From assembly GCA_028281365.1 (NCBI GenBank), contig JANQJZ010000044.1, forward strand, positions 29,818 through 93,817: a stretch of 64,000 nt of DNA, in the 5' to 3' direction. Origin of the DNA: Gammaproteobacteria bacterium (lineage in GTDB: Bacteria > Pseudomonadota > Gammaproteobacteria > Eutrophobiales > Eutrophobiaceae). Positions 18,737 to 28,805 of this stretch are shown here, one piece after another. Under the pieces are notes generated by a model. It saw nothing but the letters and a program-made list of their open reading frames with translations, was not told where the DNA came from and did no database searches. Numbering within the stretch: position 1 is the stretch's first letter; the number at the start of each line of letters is the position of its first letter. Made by a program: the position numbers and the translations under genes.

Positions 18737-19696
18737 CTAGCTACATACTTTATCACGACCTGTATGCTTGGCTTCGTACATTGCGATATCTGCTGCTTCT
18801 ATAAGTTTATGTGAATCATCAGGATCCTGCATTTCTGCAACACCTATGGATATAGTCACAGACGGTAAGTGGTTCCCTTCTTTATCAATAATTTTTGTTT
18901 GTTTAACTGCTTTTCTTAATCTTTCAGCAACTGTAAACGTAGACTTGACATCAAGTTCCGGTAATAGCGCAAATAATTCTTCGCCACCATATCTGGTCAC
19001 AAGGTCTTCTGGCCTCAGGTACTGTACAATGGTTTTTGAAACCGCACGTAAGGCAATATCACCGGCCAAATGACCGTATTCGTCATTGTATTTTTTAAAA
19101 TTATCTATATCTATCATCATAACTGATAACACCTTGCTATCTTTATGACATCGTTGCATTACTCTATTTAACATATTATCCAACCAACGACGATTATAGA
19201 GGCTGGTTAATGCATCGACTGTTGCATTATGTTCATATTCTCTAAGCTGACTTTTAATTATATTAATTACGGAATTACCGTAGCGTAAACGTTGAGACAA
19301 TATCACCAATAAATTACTGGCAATTGCATGAGAACTTCCTATTAGTGACCAGACAACATCTTCCTCTATTACTAGAACCCTTGAATCCTCTGCAGCTTTT
19401 ACATATGCAGAAGCTGGTTGATGATCAATAGCTGCCATTTCACCAATACTTTGTCCAGCATTAATATTTGCAACCGGACTCGAACCATCATTTGACAACA
19501 ATACATTAAATGAACCAGACAATATTAGATAGATATTATTATTAACATCTGAAGCCCGAATTAATATCTCATCTTTTTCAATACTGTATATTTCACAATT
19601 TTGCAATAAGGACATAACAGTATCAAAATCAACGTCGTTAAATAATTCCTGATCCTTAATGTCAGATACAGTTATTCTTGTATCTACCTTTTTCAT
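18737..19696 (-). CDS. cNMP-binding-domain diguanylate cyclase
   Basis: N-terminal cNMP fold (GEMAAID), DIDNFK.YND, RPED I-site, RYGGEEL. Confidence 0.9.
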   Translation of the reverse strand: MKKVDTRITVSDIKDQELFNDVDFDTVMSLLQNCEIYSIEKDEILIRASDVNNNIYLILSGSFNVLLSNDGSSPVANINAGQSIGEMAAIDHQPASAYVKAAEDSRVLVIEEDVVWSLIGSSHAIASNLLVILSQRLRYGNSVINIIKSQLREYEHNATVDALTSLYNRRWLDNMLNRVMQRCHKDSKVLSVMMIDIDNFKKYNDEYGHLAGDIALRAVSKTIVQYLRPEDLVTRYGGEELFALLPELDVKSTFTVAERLRKAVKQTKIIDKEGNHLPSVTISIGVAEMQDPDDSHKLIEAADIAMYEAKHTGRDKVCS

Positions 19697-19718
19697 TAAT
19701 CTATTACTTATCAGCTTT

Positions 19719-21704
19719 TTATTTAGGGGAAAATGTTTTTATAAGATTTTTAAAATCATTTAACTTGTTGAAACTCGATTGATATCGAATTAGAACATAT
19801 AAATCAGTAATACTGTTAACATCACTCGCCAAATCTTTTCTACTATGACAAATACGTCTTGAAAAATCGATTGGTCCCTCATGGATCATTTTTTGAATAC
19901 CAATTTTAGCCATTTTTTTACAAAAAATATCATAATATTGTTTCGCTAAATCGACAGTTTTTGGAGGTCTTGTAAAAATAAAGATAGCTATTGATAAAAA
20001 AATAACGCCAATAAAAATGATCATTGCTATAGTCATTTTTTTCCAATCTATAAAGCCAAAACCTAATCTATGCAACAAAAGTAACTGACGTTCCGGCCCA
20101 TAACCAAGCACCCATTGTGCCCACTGGTAATTTACCATATCAACAGTATTTCGAAATTGTTGCCATAGTCTTGCTACATATGCATTATGCTCAAGGTCAA
20201 GTGGCATATCTATAATTAGATCCGGAATACTATTTTCAATGCCCTGGTTAACACGTTCAGGTGAAACAGCTGAAGTAGGATCGATACGAACCCAACCTTT
20301 ATCATTCAACCATACTTCAGACCATGCATGTGCATCGTGTTGCCTGACGATTAAATAATTTCCTATCGGATTAATTTCTCCACCCTGATATCCTGTGACA
20401 ACTCTGGCCGGGATCCCCATTGCTCGCATAAGTACTGTAAAGGCAGCTGCATAATGCTCACAAAAACCCTGACGTGAGTTAAATAAAAATTCATCTACCA
20501 TATCACCGGCAATCAATGGTGGTCTTAAAGTGTAAATAAAATTTTCTTTATTAAACCAGTCTAATACCGCCTTGATTCGTAATTCAGGTTCCTGATACTG
20601 TTGTAATAATTCAGCCGCAAATTTGCGTGTACGTTCATGATATAAATCCGGTAATACCAGTGCACGCTGAATATCATCAAACGAATCTGCACCAAGCAGA
20701 TATGATGTATTTGATAATAGTGTAAATGCTTTTCTCGATCGTATCGCTTCATCCGTTTTCAATTGACGATCTTGTGTAAAATGAGTCTTTTCAGGCGGCG
20801 CTGAAACCATCTCTAAACCAAATAACCAATGTTTGTTTGTTGGCTCAATCGTGACATCATATTTAATAACATTGCCGGAAAACCTGACTGGTTCCGGTCT
20901 CTGTCTGTCTGCAGATTTACCCATGGTCCACTTCCTTCCATCTGTTTTCCAGAGTACCGGTCCCCGCCAATATAATTGTGATCGTTCGGGAATATCATTA
21001 TCAAAGCTGACCCTGAAAGCGACTTCATTGGATTGAACCAGTTTACTGATAGTACCTGGTGTCATTTGGTCATCTATTCCTGTGATACCGGTATAGGCAT
21101 CTTCAGGCAGACCCCATAACGGTCCATTCACACGTGGAAACAGGATAAACAATACGAGCAAAATAGGTAATGACTGTAATATTAATGTAGATGAATATCG
21201 AAATTGCTCCACGATTGACATTGATTCATCGACATCATTAAACCTTACTAAACTGGCCGTCATAATGATTATGACCAGTAACATATATGCTGCTGTAGGA
21301 ATTGTTTGTGAATAGAAAAAATTCGTTATGACCAAAAAATAACCCAGATAGGCAGATATATAAAAATCCCGCTTGGTTTTACTCTCAAAAACTTTCAAAC
21401 CGGCAAGCATAACCAGTAATGCTATACCAACATCACGACCCGCCAGACTTCCATAGCTCGCATAAACGCCAAGTATACCAAGCAGCATTATTACCAACCT
21501 GCTAAAACCAATCAGACTGGAAGCTTGTCTCCAGAATCCGGCATATCGAAAAGGAATATACACACGCAGAAACAACAATAGGGTATGTAAAACCGGTATC
21601 CATATGGGCAAGCGTTGCCAGTGTGGTAAACCGGCTAACAATAGACCTGTTATCAATACAATTAATTTATTCAGATCCAGTTCCGCTAGATGCTTGTTAT
21701 TCAT
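19719..21704 (-). CDS. tgpA: TgpA-like transglutaminase (DUF3488 TM + TG domain)
   Basis: GFCEHYA, HAWSEVW, DPT catalytic triad motifs; ATGA overlap with DUF58 stop. Confidence 0.9.
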   Translation of the reverse strand: MNNKHLAELDLNKLIVLITGLLLAGLPHWQRLPIWIPVLHTLLLFLRVYIPFRYAGFWRQASSLIGFSRLVIMLLGILGVYASYGSLAGRDVGIALLVMLAGLKVFESKTKRDFYISAYLGYFLVITNFFYSQTIPTAAYMLLVIIIMTASLVRFNDVDESMSIVEQFRYSSTLILQSLPILLVLFILFPRVNGPLWGLPEDAYTGITGIDDQMTPGTISKLVQSNEVAFRVSFDNDIPERSQLYWRGPVLWKTDGRKWTMGKSADRQRPEPVRFSGNVIKYDVTIEPTNKHWLFGLEMVSAPPEKTHFTQDRQLKTDEAIRSRKAFTLLSNTSYLLGADSFDDIQRALVLPDLYHERTRKFAAELLQQYQEPELRIKAVLDWFNKENFIYTLRPPLIAGDMVDEFLFNSRQGFCEHYAAAFTVLMRAMGIPARVVTGYQGGEINPIGNYLIVRQHDAHAWSEVWLNDKGWVRIDPTSAVSPERVNQGIENSIPDLIIDMPLDLEHNAYVARLWQQFRNTVDMVNYQWAQWVLGYGPERQLLLLHRLGFGFIDWKKMTIAMIIFIGVIFLSIAIFIFTRPPKTVDLAKQYYDIFCKKMAKIGIQKMIHEGPIDFSRRICHSRKDLASDVNSITDLYVLIRYQSSFNKLNDFKNLIKTFSPK

Positions 21705-22669
21705 CCTTCCATTCCGAACCAGGCCAGAATTTCCAGGCATCTTTCTTTATGTTGTTTTCCATAAGACGGTTTTACATCACTACCCGGAACAGTCAGGCTG
21801 TATTGTAAGCCTTCACGATCGGCAATCAGGACCCAAAAACATAATTGCGATAAACGGCCTTCTATATCCGGGATATGCGAGACAGACTCCCAGCTTAAGA
21901 TTAAACTTTCATTACCTTTACCGCTAAACAGCTTTACTAATAAGCCCTGTTCTCTGGCAAACGCTTTCCATGCAATAGAATTGATTGGATCACCCGGGTG
22001 ATACTTTCGGAAGCCGGCAAAATCATCTACACCAGTTTGAATACCTACTTCTGCTTTTTCATCATCTATCAATGATAGCGGCATGGTCTTTTGACCTATT
22101 GGTGAAGGATACACCAGACAGCTTTCACCCGATTCAAAATAGGACCAGGATTTAAATAAACCTATTGGATATTCAGTAGAAATAATCAGGCGATGCGCTT
22201 TTACTATTCCCCGTTGCAGGGTTTTTTGAGGATAGTAAATGATTCCTTGTTTACTCTTTTCAATATTGATAAATAAAGTGGAATTATTTTTATTCTTCTT
22301 GTGTCCTTCTATCTTTAACGACAGGCGTGTGATCCCCATCCTGTTATCAATTAATAACGGAAAATATGCTTCCTGCCCTGCAAATACAGGTGCAGGTATT
22401 TTAGAACTGATAATCAGTCCTGTGAGGTTCCTATAGGTATGTAACATACAGACCAGGCCAAGACTGGCAAGCAAGAAACAAAGTATAAAAGCCATGCTAT
22501 TGTTATAGTTTATTGCACCTAACAACATCACTATCAACATTAAAGCGTAAACCCATCCCTGGCTGGTAGGAAAAATATAAACCCGTTTTCGATCCAGGTG
22601 TTTAAGTTGTGACGTTGAATAACCGGTAGGGTCAACAGGTAATCTTTCTAGTACAACAGATGTTGACAT
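21701..22669 (-). CDS. DUF58 protein
   Basis: GAINYNN, YHPGDPINSIAWKA; moxR-DUF58-tgpA triad. Confidence 0.9.
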   Translation of the reverse strand: MSTSVVLERLPVDPTGYSTSQLKHLDRKRVYIFPTSQGWVYALMLIVMLLGAINYNNSMAFILCFLLASLGLVCMLHTYRNLTGLIISSKIPAPVFAGQEAYFPLLIDNRMGITRLSLKIEGHKKNKNNSTLFINIEKSKQGIIYYPQKTLQRGIVKAHRLIISTEYPIGLFKSWSYFESGESCLVYPSPIGQKTMPLSLIDDEKAEVGIQTGVDDFAGFRKYHPGDPINSIAWKAFAREQGLLVKLFSGKGNESLILSWESVSHIPDIEGRLSQLCFWVLIADREGLQYSLTVPGSDVKPSYGKQHKERCLEILAWFGMEG

Positions 22670-22687
22670 AACATTACCTTAATAGAT

Positions 22688-23641
22688 TCAGGGGATAGGT
22701 ACTTGCTGAATAAGATGTTGAGCAGGTTTTAAGGTTTGAGGTTCTGTTGATTCGTATATGTATTGCAATCGATGCCCGACAACACTTGGAAGGACTGCTT
22801 GCAGATCCTCGGGCAGCACATGCTGATTTGAATGTAATATCGCCCATGCCTTGGCAGCATTGATAATAGCTAATCCGGCACGTGGTGAAAGCCCATGAAC
22901 ATAGTTTCCTGAATGCCGGCTAAAATCAATCAAATCTTGTAAATAGTTCAGTAATGCATCAGACACATGTACTGCATCCAGTGATTTTTGAAAAGAGATA
23001 AGTTCAGGGGGGGTTAATACTGCCGGAACGTCTTTAAGCATTTCTTTTCTATCTTTACCTTTAAATAAATCCCGCTCCGCTGAACTATCCGGGTAACCCA
23101 ATTCAATTCTCATTAAGAACCGATCCAGTTGCGATTCCGGCAAAGGGAAGGTACCAATCTGGTTTGCCGGGTTCTGTGTTGCAATAACATAGAATGGTTC
23201 CGGTAAATTACGCGTTTCCCCTTCTATAGTGACCTGATTTTCAGCCATCGCTTCAAGTAAGGCACTCTGTGTTCGAGGTGTGGCGCGATTAATTTCATCA
23301 GCCAGAATCAGATTAGAAAATACAGGGCCCTGATGAAAACTAAACTTACCTGTATCTTTGTTAAAAACAGACACACCAAGAATGTCAGCTGGTAATAAAT
23401 CACTGGTAAATTGAATACGCTGGTAACTCAAACCAAGCACTCTGGCCAGGGTATGAGCCAATGTTGTTTTGCCAACGCCGGGAGTATCTTCAATCAACAA
23501 ATGACCTTTGGCAATCAGACAGGTTATTGCCAGGCGAATAGCATTTTCCTTTCCTAATATTACTTTGCTTATTTCGTTTACTGCATCATCAAGTCTTGAT
23601 ACGTCGTTTGTTGTCGTTACTATATCTTCACTTATATTCAT
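22688..23641 (-). CDS. moxR: MoxR family AAA+ ATPase
   Basis: PGVGKT, RIQFTSDLLP, ADEINRA, ATQNP, LPESQLDRF. Confidence 0.94.
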   Translation of the reverse strand: MNISEDIVTTTNDVSRLDDAVNEISKVILGKENAIRLAITCLIAKGHLLIEDTPGVGKTTLAHTLARVLGLSYQRIQFTSDLLPADILGVSVFNKDTGKFSFHQGPVFSNLILADEINRATPRTQSALLEAMAENQVTIEGETRNLPEPFYVIATQNPANQIGTFPLPESQLDRFLMRIELGYPDSSAERDLFKGKDRKEMLKDVPAVLTPPELISFQKSLDAVHVSDALLNYLQDLIDFSRHSGNYVHGLSPRAGLAIINAAKAWAILHSNQHVLPEDLQAVLPSVVGHRLQYIYESTEPQTLKPAQHLIQQVPIP

Positions 23642-23647
23642 AATTAA

Positions 23648-24997
23648 TTAATCACCAGCAATCGTCATGGAATCGATCAAAACTGAACCTGTCAGTACAT
23701 TACCCCTCGGATCAATATCATTCCCAATAGTAATAATATTTTTATACATATCGACCAAATTACCAGCAACTGTGATTTCTTCTACCGGAAACATAAGTTC
23801 TCCATTTTCTACCCAGAAGCCTGAGGCCCCACGGGAATAATCACCAGTAACCTGATTTACACCAAAACCGATCATGTCAGTAATCAACAAGCCTGTATTC
23901 ATTTCTTTAATCATTTCTTCAAGATTTTTAGTACCCGGTTCAATGACCAGATTATGAACACCTCCTGCATTACCTGTTGTTTTAAGTCCCAGTTTACGTG
24001 CCGAATAACCACCAAGAACATAATCCTGTAATATACCATTGCTGATAATTTCACGTTCCTTTGTAGCGACACCATCATTATCAAATGGCGCACTACCTAA
24101 TGCTTTCTTTAGATGTGGCTTTTCACTTATATTTATATGATCTGCAAATATTTGTTCTCCTTTTTTGTCCAGTAAAAAACTGGCGCGACGATATAAACTC
24201 CCACCGGAAATAGCAGTTATAAATACAGAAAAAAGACCTGATGCTACCGGTGCTTCAAAAATAACCGGAACCTGACGTGTAGAAATTTTTTGTGATCCAA
24301 GCCGGGCAATTGTTCTTCTGGCTGCTTCATTACTAATGTCTTTTACAGATTGTAACTCGTCATAGTTTCGCGCCTTACTGTACCAACCATCACGTTGCAT
24401 GCCCTTTTCATTTTCAGCAATTACCGTGCAATCAACTATATGAGTAGACCAGTTCCAACCATTTATAAAATCATTCGTATTTCCATATAGATTTATTCCA
24501 CTATACGTACTGACGACACAGCCATCAGAATTATTTATTCTCTGATCATATTCAAACGCGAGTTGTTCACATTCAATTGCCATGTCAATTGCCGTCTCGG
24601 GCGAGATCGACCAGGGATGATAAAGATCAAGATCAGGCACTTCTTTCGCCATCTCTTCAGGTTTAACCAGACCAGCACAATCATCACGACTGGCATGTCG
24701 TGCAATTCCATAGGAAGCATTAACAATATCTTTTAGTGCCTTGTCACTAAAATCAGAAGTACTTGCGCTACCTTTTTGACCATTCAGGTATAATGTCAGA
24801 CTTAGTCCTTTATCACGTTCAAATTCAAGCTTGTCGATTTCACTTTTACGAACGGTGGCTGAAAGTCCCGAGCCTGCACCAATATCGGCCTCAGCCGCGT
24901 CGGCCCCGGCTTGTTTCGAAAGATTTAACACTGTATCGATGATACGAATTAAATCTTCACGATTGTCAGATAAAATTGTGGTATTTATTGCATCCAT
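23648..24997 (-). CDS. pmbA: Metalloprotease subunit PmbA/TldE
   Basis: MQRDGWY, FDNDGV, TGNAGG, TGDYSRGASG. Confidence 0.94.
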   Translation of the reverse strand: MDAINTTILSDNREDLIRIIDTVLNLSKQAGADAAEADIGAGSGLSATVRKSEIDKLEFERDKGLSLTLYLNGQKGSASTSDFSDKALKDIVNASYGIARHASRDDCAGLVKPEEMAKEVPDLDLYHPWSISPETAIDMAIECEQLAFEYDQRINNSDGCVVSTYSGINLYGNTNDFINGWNWSTHIVDCTVIAENEKGMQRDGWYSKARNYDELQSVKDISNEAARRTIARLGSQKISTRQVPVIFEAPVASGLFSVFITAISGGSLYRRASFLLDKKGEQIFADHINISEKPHLKKALGSAPFDNDGVATKEREIISNGILQDYVLGGYSARKLGLKTTGNAGGVHNLVIEPGTKNLEEMIKEMNTGLLITDMIGFGVNQVTGDYSRGASGFWVENGELMFPVEEITVAGNLVDMYKNIITIGNDIDPRGNVLTGSVLIDSMTIAGD

Positions 24998-25091
24998 GAT
25001 GTTTTGTTTATTTTTTGGCCTTACATTCTAGCATTCAAACAGTTTAGAACAGCAATTTAATACTACGATTTATTTGCGTACAATCCGTTCC

Positions 25092-27257
25092 ATGGATGTC
25101 TCCCATATTCTTGAATCTCTAAATACTGCTCAACGTGATGCAGTCGCTGCAGCCGATGGCAACCTGTTGGTACTGGCCGGTGCGGGTAGCGGAAAAACCC
25201 GTGTATTGGTACATCGCATAGCCTGGTATATCGAGACCGGGCAAGCCAGCCCCTACAGTATTATGGCTGTCACTTTTACCAATAAAGCCGCTGCAGAAAT
25301 GCGTTCCCGTATAGAAAACCTGCTTGGGCAATCAGTTCGAGGCATGTGGGTAGGCACTTTTCATGGTTTATCTCATCGTTTGTTGCGAGCCCATTGGCAA
25401 GAAGCAAAGTTACCCGAAAATTTTCAAATTCTGGACAGTGAAGATCAATACCGAACCATTCGACGTGTTATTCGGACAATGATGCTGGATGAGTCACGCT
25501 ATCCGCCGAAAGAAGCACAATGGTTTATCAATGCACGTAAAGATGAAGGTTTAAGACCCGAACATATTGAAGATCATGGTGATGTAACAATAGCGCAAAT
25601 GATCCAGATTTATAAAACATATCAGGAAACCTGTGAGAGATCCGGCTTACTTGATTTTGCTGAATTGCTATTACGTGTCTTTGAAATGTTCAGGGATCAA
25701 AACAGTATCCGTGAACATTACCAACAGCGATTTAAACATGTATTAGTCGACGAATTTCAAGATACGAATACACTCCAATATGCCTGGTTAAGATTGGTGG
25801 TTGGTAACAGCAATACCCTATTTGCCGTGGGTGATGATGATCAATCTGTCTACAGCTGGCGCGGTGCACGTGTTGAAAACATGCAATCTTTTGAACAGGA
25901 CTTTAAAGATACAAAATTATTAAAGCTTGAACAAAACTACCGCTCTACTGCCACTATTTTAAAAGCTGCGAACAGCTTGATAGCAAATAATAATGCAAGA
26001 CTCGGTAAAGATCTCTGGACTGATGGTAAAGAAGGTGAACGTATTGACATATACATGGCCTACAACGAAACCGATGAAGCACGATATGTCGTAGATCAAA
26101 TCAAAACTGCACCGGAGCACGGTAAGCCATTTAGTGATTATGCCGTTTTATATCGAGTCAGCGCTCAATCACGTGTACTTGAAGAGGCTTTAATGCAGGC
26201 CCGTATTCCATACCGGGTCTATGGTGGAATGCGATTCTATGAACGTGCGGAAATTAAGGATGCCCTGGCCTATGTTCGCCTGTCTCGTTTCCAGGATGAT
26301 GATGCTTCTTTTGAACGTATTGTAAATACGCCCACAAGAGGTATTGGTAGTCGTACTGTAGAAGAGCTAAGAAGTATTGCAAGAAAAGATCAATGTTCAT
26401 TATGGAAAGCAGCTTTACATATTATTGAACACAAACTACTTGCAGCACGTGCTTTAAACGCGCTGGAACAATTTATTAAATTAATTCAACACATGTCTCA
26501 AGCTGAATCAGAATCAACATTAAATGAACATGTCGATAAGGTTATTCATTTAAGTGGATTGATTGATCATTTTAAAAAAGAAAAAGGAGAAAAAGGCCTT
26601 GCGCGTATTGAAAACCTGGAAGAACTGGTAACAGCCGCAGGAGAATTTGAGATCAGTGATGATGAAGAACTGGCAGAGATGGATGCATTATCAGCGTTTC
26701 TCGCCCATGCAGCGCTGGAATCGGGAGAGACCCAGGCAAATGACAATACGGAATGTGTTCATATGATGACCTTACATTCCGCCAAGGGTCTTGAATTCCC
26801 CGATGTTTTTTTAGTTGGTATGGAGGAAGGCCTGTTCCCACACCAACGTAGCAGTGAAGACTTGATTCAATTGGAGGAAGAACGGCGACTATGCTATGTC
26901 GGTATTACCCGGGCACAAAAAAAACTGACATTAACTCATGCACAGCATAGACGCTTACATGGTTCAGATTACTACCCGCAACCTTCACGATTCATTGATG
27001 AGGTCCCGTCTGAATTATTGAATGACATACGCCTTGGTGGAAATGTAACGGAAACTTTTTTTAACAAAAATGAAGTCATTAATTCAAATAATGATAAAGG
27101 TTTAACATTAGGACAACGGGTTTCACACGCAAAATTTGGTGAGGGAGTAATTTTAAACCTTGAAGGCAGTGGTGGACATATGCGTATACAAGTTAATTTT
27201 GAGCAGGCTGGTTGTAAATGGCTGGTGGCAGCCTATGCAAATCTAATCCCCGCTTAA
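25092..27257 (+). CDS. uvrD: DNA helicase II
   Basis: AGAGSGKT, VDEFQDTN, VGDDDQS, LEQNYRS, TLHSAKGLEF, EEERRL. Confidence 0.97.
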   Translation: MDVSHILESLNTAQRDAVAAADGNLLVLAGAGSGKTRVLVHRIAWYIETGQASPYSIMAVTFTNKAAAEMRSRIENLLGQSVRGMWVGTFHGLSHRLLRAHWQEAKLPENFQILDSEDQYRTIRRVIRTMMLDESRYPPKEAQWFINARKDEGLRPEHIEDHGDVTIAQMIQIYKTYQETCERSGLLDFAELLLRVFEMFRDQNSIREHYQQRFKHVLVDEFQDTNTLQYAWLRLVVGNSNTLFAVGDDDQSVYSWRGARVENMQSFEQDFKDTKLLKLEQNYRSTATILKAANSLIANNNARLGKDLWTDGKEGERIDIYMAYNETDEARYVVDQIKTAPEHGKPFSDYAVLYRVSAQSRVLEEALMQARIPYRVYGGMRFYERAEIKDALAYVRLSRFQDDDASFERIVNTPTRGIGSRTVEELRSIARKDQCSLWKAALHIIEHKLLAARALNALEQFIKLIQHMSQAESESTLNEHVDKVIHLSGLIDHFKKEKGEKGLARIENLEELVTAAGEFEISDDEELAEMDALSAFLAHAALESGETQANDNTECVHMMTLHSAKGLEFPDVFLVGMEEGLFPHQRSSEDLIQLEEERRLCYVGITRAQKKLTLTHAQHRRLHGSDYYPQPSRFIDEVPSELLNDIRLGGNVTETFFNKNEVINSNNDKGLTLGQRVSHAKFGEGVILNLEGSGGHMRIQVNFEQAGCKWLVAAYANLIPA

Positions 27258-27379
27258 GAATGGTTATTTTATTCGATTACTTCGTTACTTCATTTTTTGC
27301 GATGCTCATGTATTGACATATACACTCCGCTTCTCAAAAATGTCGCGCCTCGTACTCGAATAAACTATCTCATTCTTAA
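27254..27379. repeat. 126-bp palindromic MITE/RPE-like element
   Basis: Terminal inverted repeats TTAAGAATG...TTTATTCGA / TCGAATAAA...CATTCTTAA with nested internal stems. Confidence 0.7.
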
Positions 27380-27606
27380 AAATACTAACTGGCACAAAGG
27401 AAAGAAATATGAAGCTTTACTGTGAACAAATGAAACATTTCAGCACATTGAGCTGTAATAAACATAATAGTATTTACGAATGTTCAGATGTCTTAATATC
27501 TATTCAAAATAAAACATATGGGCTTATCATTCATGATGGTAGTTAAGTCAGATTACTATTCTCCATTGTCCTTGGTGTGGTATACATTTAGAAAAGGCAA
27601 ATAACT

Positions 27607-28716
27607 ATGAATAAATTTAATATTTTATTTCTCTTACTTATTAGCATATTCATTACTGCATGTGGTAACGACCCAGGGACTGATACTAATACAAGTAAAA
27701 ATACTAAAACTGATCTATCAAAAACCTTTCGTTGGAAAATGGTCACAACATGGCCAGCTAATTTTCCAATCTTTCAGGAAGGCGCACAAAAATTTGCCAA
27801 TGATGTAAAGCAGATGAGTAATGGTCGTCTCGATATCAGGGTTTATGCAGGTGGCGAACTTGTCCCACCACTTCAGGTGTTTGATGCTGTATCCCAGGGA
27901 GTGGTAGAAATGGGTCATGGCTCACCTTATTACTGGGCTGGTAAAGTACCCGCCGCACAGTTTTTTTCATCGGTCCCTTTCGGTATGACTGCAAAAGGAA
28001 TGAACGCCTGGCTATATAACGGTGGTGGCCTGGAGCTTTGGCGGGAAATATACAAACCCTTTAACTTAACTGCGTTCCCAATGGGAAATACCGGTTTACA
28101 AATGGGTGGTTGGTTTAATAAACAGATCAATTCTGTTGAAGATATATCAGGTCTTCGTATGCGTATCCCTGGTCTTGGCGGCAAGGTATTTAAAAAGGCC
28201 GGGGGTAACCCCGTTTTAATGGCAGGCGGCGAAATTTATACGGCTTTAGAAAGAGGTACTATTGATGCCACTGAATGGGTTGCCCCTTTTCATGACATGC
28301 GACTAGGGTTAAACCGCGCTGCAAATTTTTACTACTACCCTGGTTGGCATGAACCCGGGACTGTTTTTGAATTGATGATAAACCTGTCGAAATGGTCACA
28401 ATTATCACCTGACTTGCAGAAAATTGTCGAAGTCGCTGCTGCCGCAACCAGTGAATGGATCTATGCACAGATGGAATTTCATAACCAGGAAGCTTTAAAA
28501 GAATTAAAAACCAAACAAAACGTACAAATATTGGAATTTCCGGAAGAAGTATTATTAGAACTAAAACGCCTGACTAATGAAACATTAAATGAAGAAGCTG
28601 CAACTAATCCTGAATTCAAACGTGTATACGATGCATATGAATCATTTCGAAAAAATTATCAAAGCTGGAATGAGTTATCTGATGAAGCGTATCAGGATAG
28701 TCTCAGACTCAAGTAA
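27607..28716 (+). CDS. dctP: TRAP transporter substrate-binding protein (TakP-like lipoprotein)
   Basis: WKMVTTWP, GNTGLQMGGWF, RMRIPGLGG, PGWHEPG; lipobox ITAC. Confidence 0.92.
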   Translation: MNKFNILFLLLISIFITACGNDPGTDTNTSKNTKTDLSKTFRWKMVTTWPANFPIFQEGAQKFANDVKQMSNGRLDIRVYAGGELVPPLQVFDAVSQGVVEMGHGSPYYWAGKVPAAQFFSSVPFGMTAKGMNAWLYNGGGLELWREIYKPFNLTAFPMGNTGLQMGGWFNKQINSVEDISGLRMRIPGLGGKVFKKAGGNPVLMAGGEIYTALERGTIDATEWVAPFHDMRLGLNRAANFYYYPGWHEPGTVFELMINLSKWSQLSPDLQKIVEVAAAATSEWIYAQMEFHNQEALKELKTKQNVQILEFPEEVLLELKRLTNETLNEEAATNPEFKRVYDAYESFRKNYQSWNELSDEAYQDSLRLK

Positions 28717-28758
28717 TAACTTCGAATATTTGTCCTGAGACGATTTCATAACCCCTAT

Positions 28759-28785
28759 AAAAAAGGGGGCATTATGCCCCCTTTT
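28759..28785. terminator. Bidirectional rho-independent terminator
   Basis: AAAAGGGGGCA-TTA-TGCCCCCTTTT between convergent genes. Confidence 0.9.
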
Positions 28786-28805
28786 GTTATCTATAAACTT
28801 TAGGC

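Noticed and set aside
27390-27405. Sigma54 promoter before dctP (TGGCAC)
   Set aside because: No GC at the -12 position.
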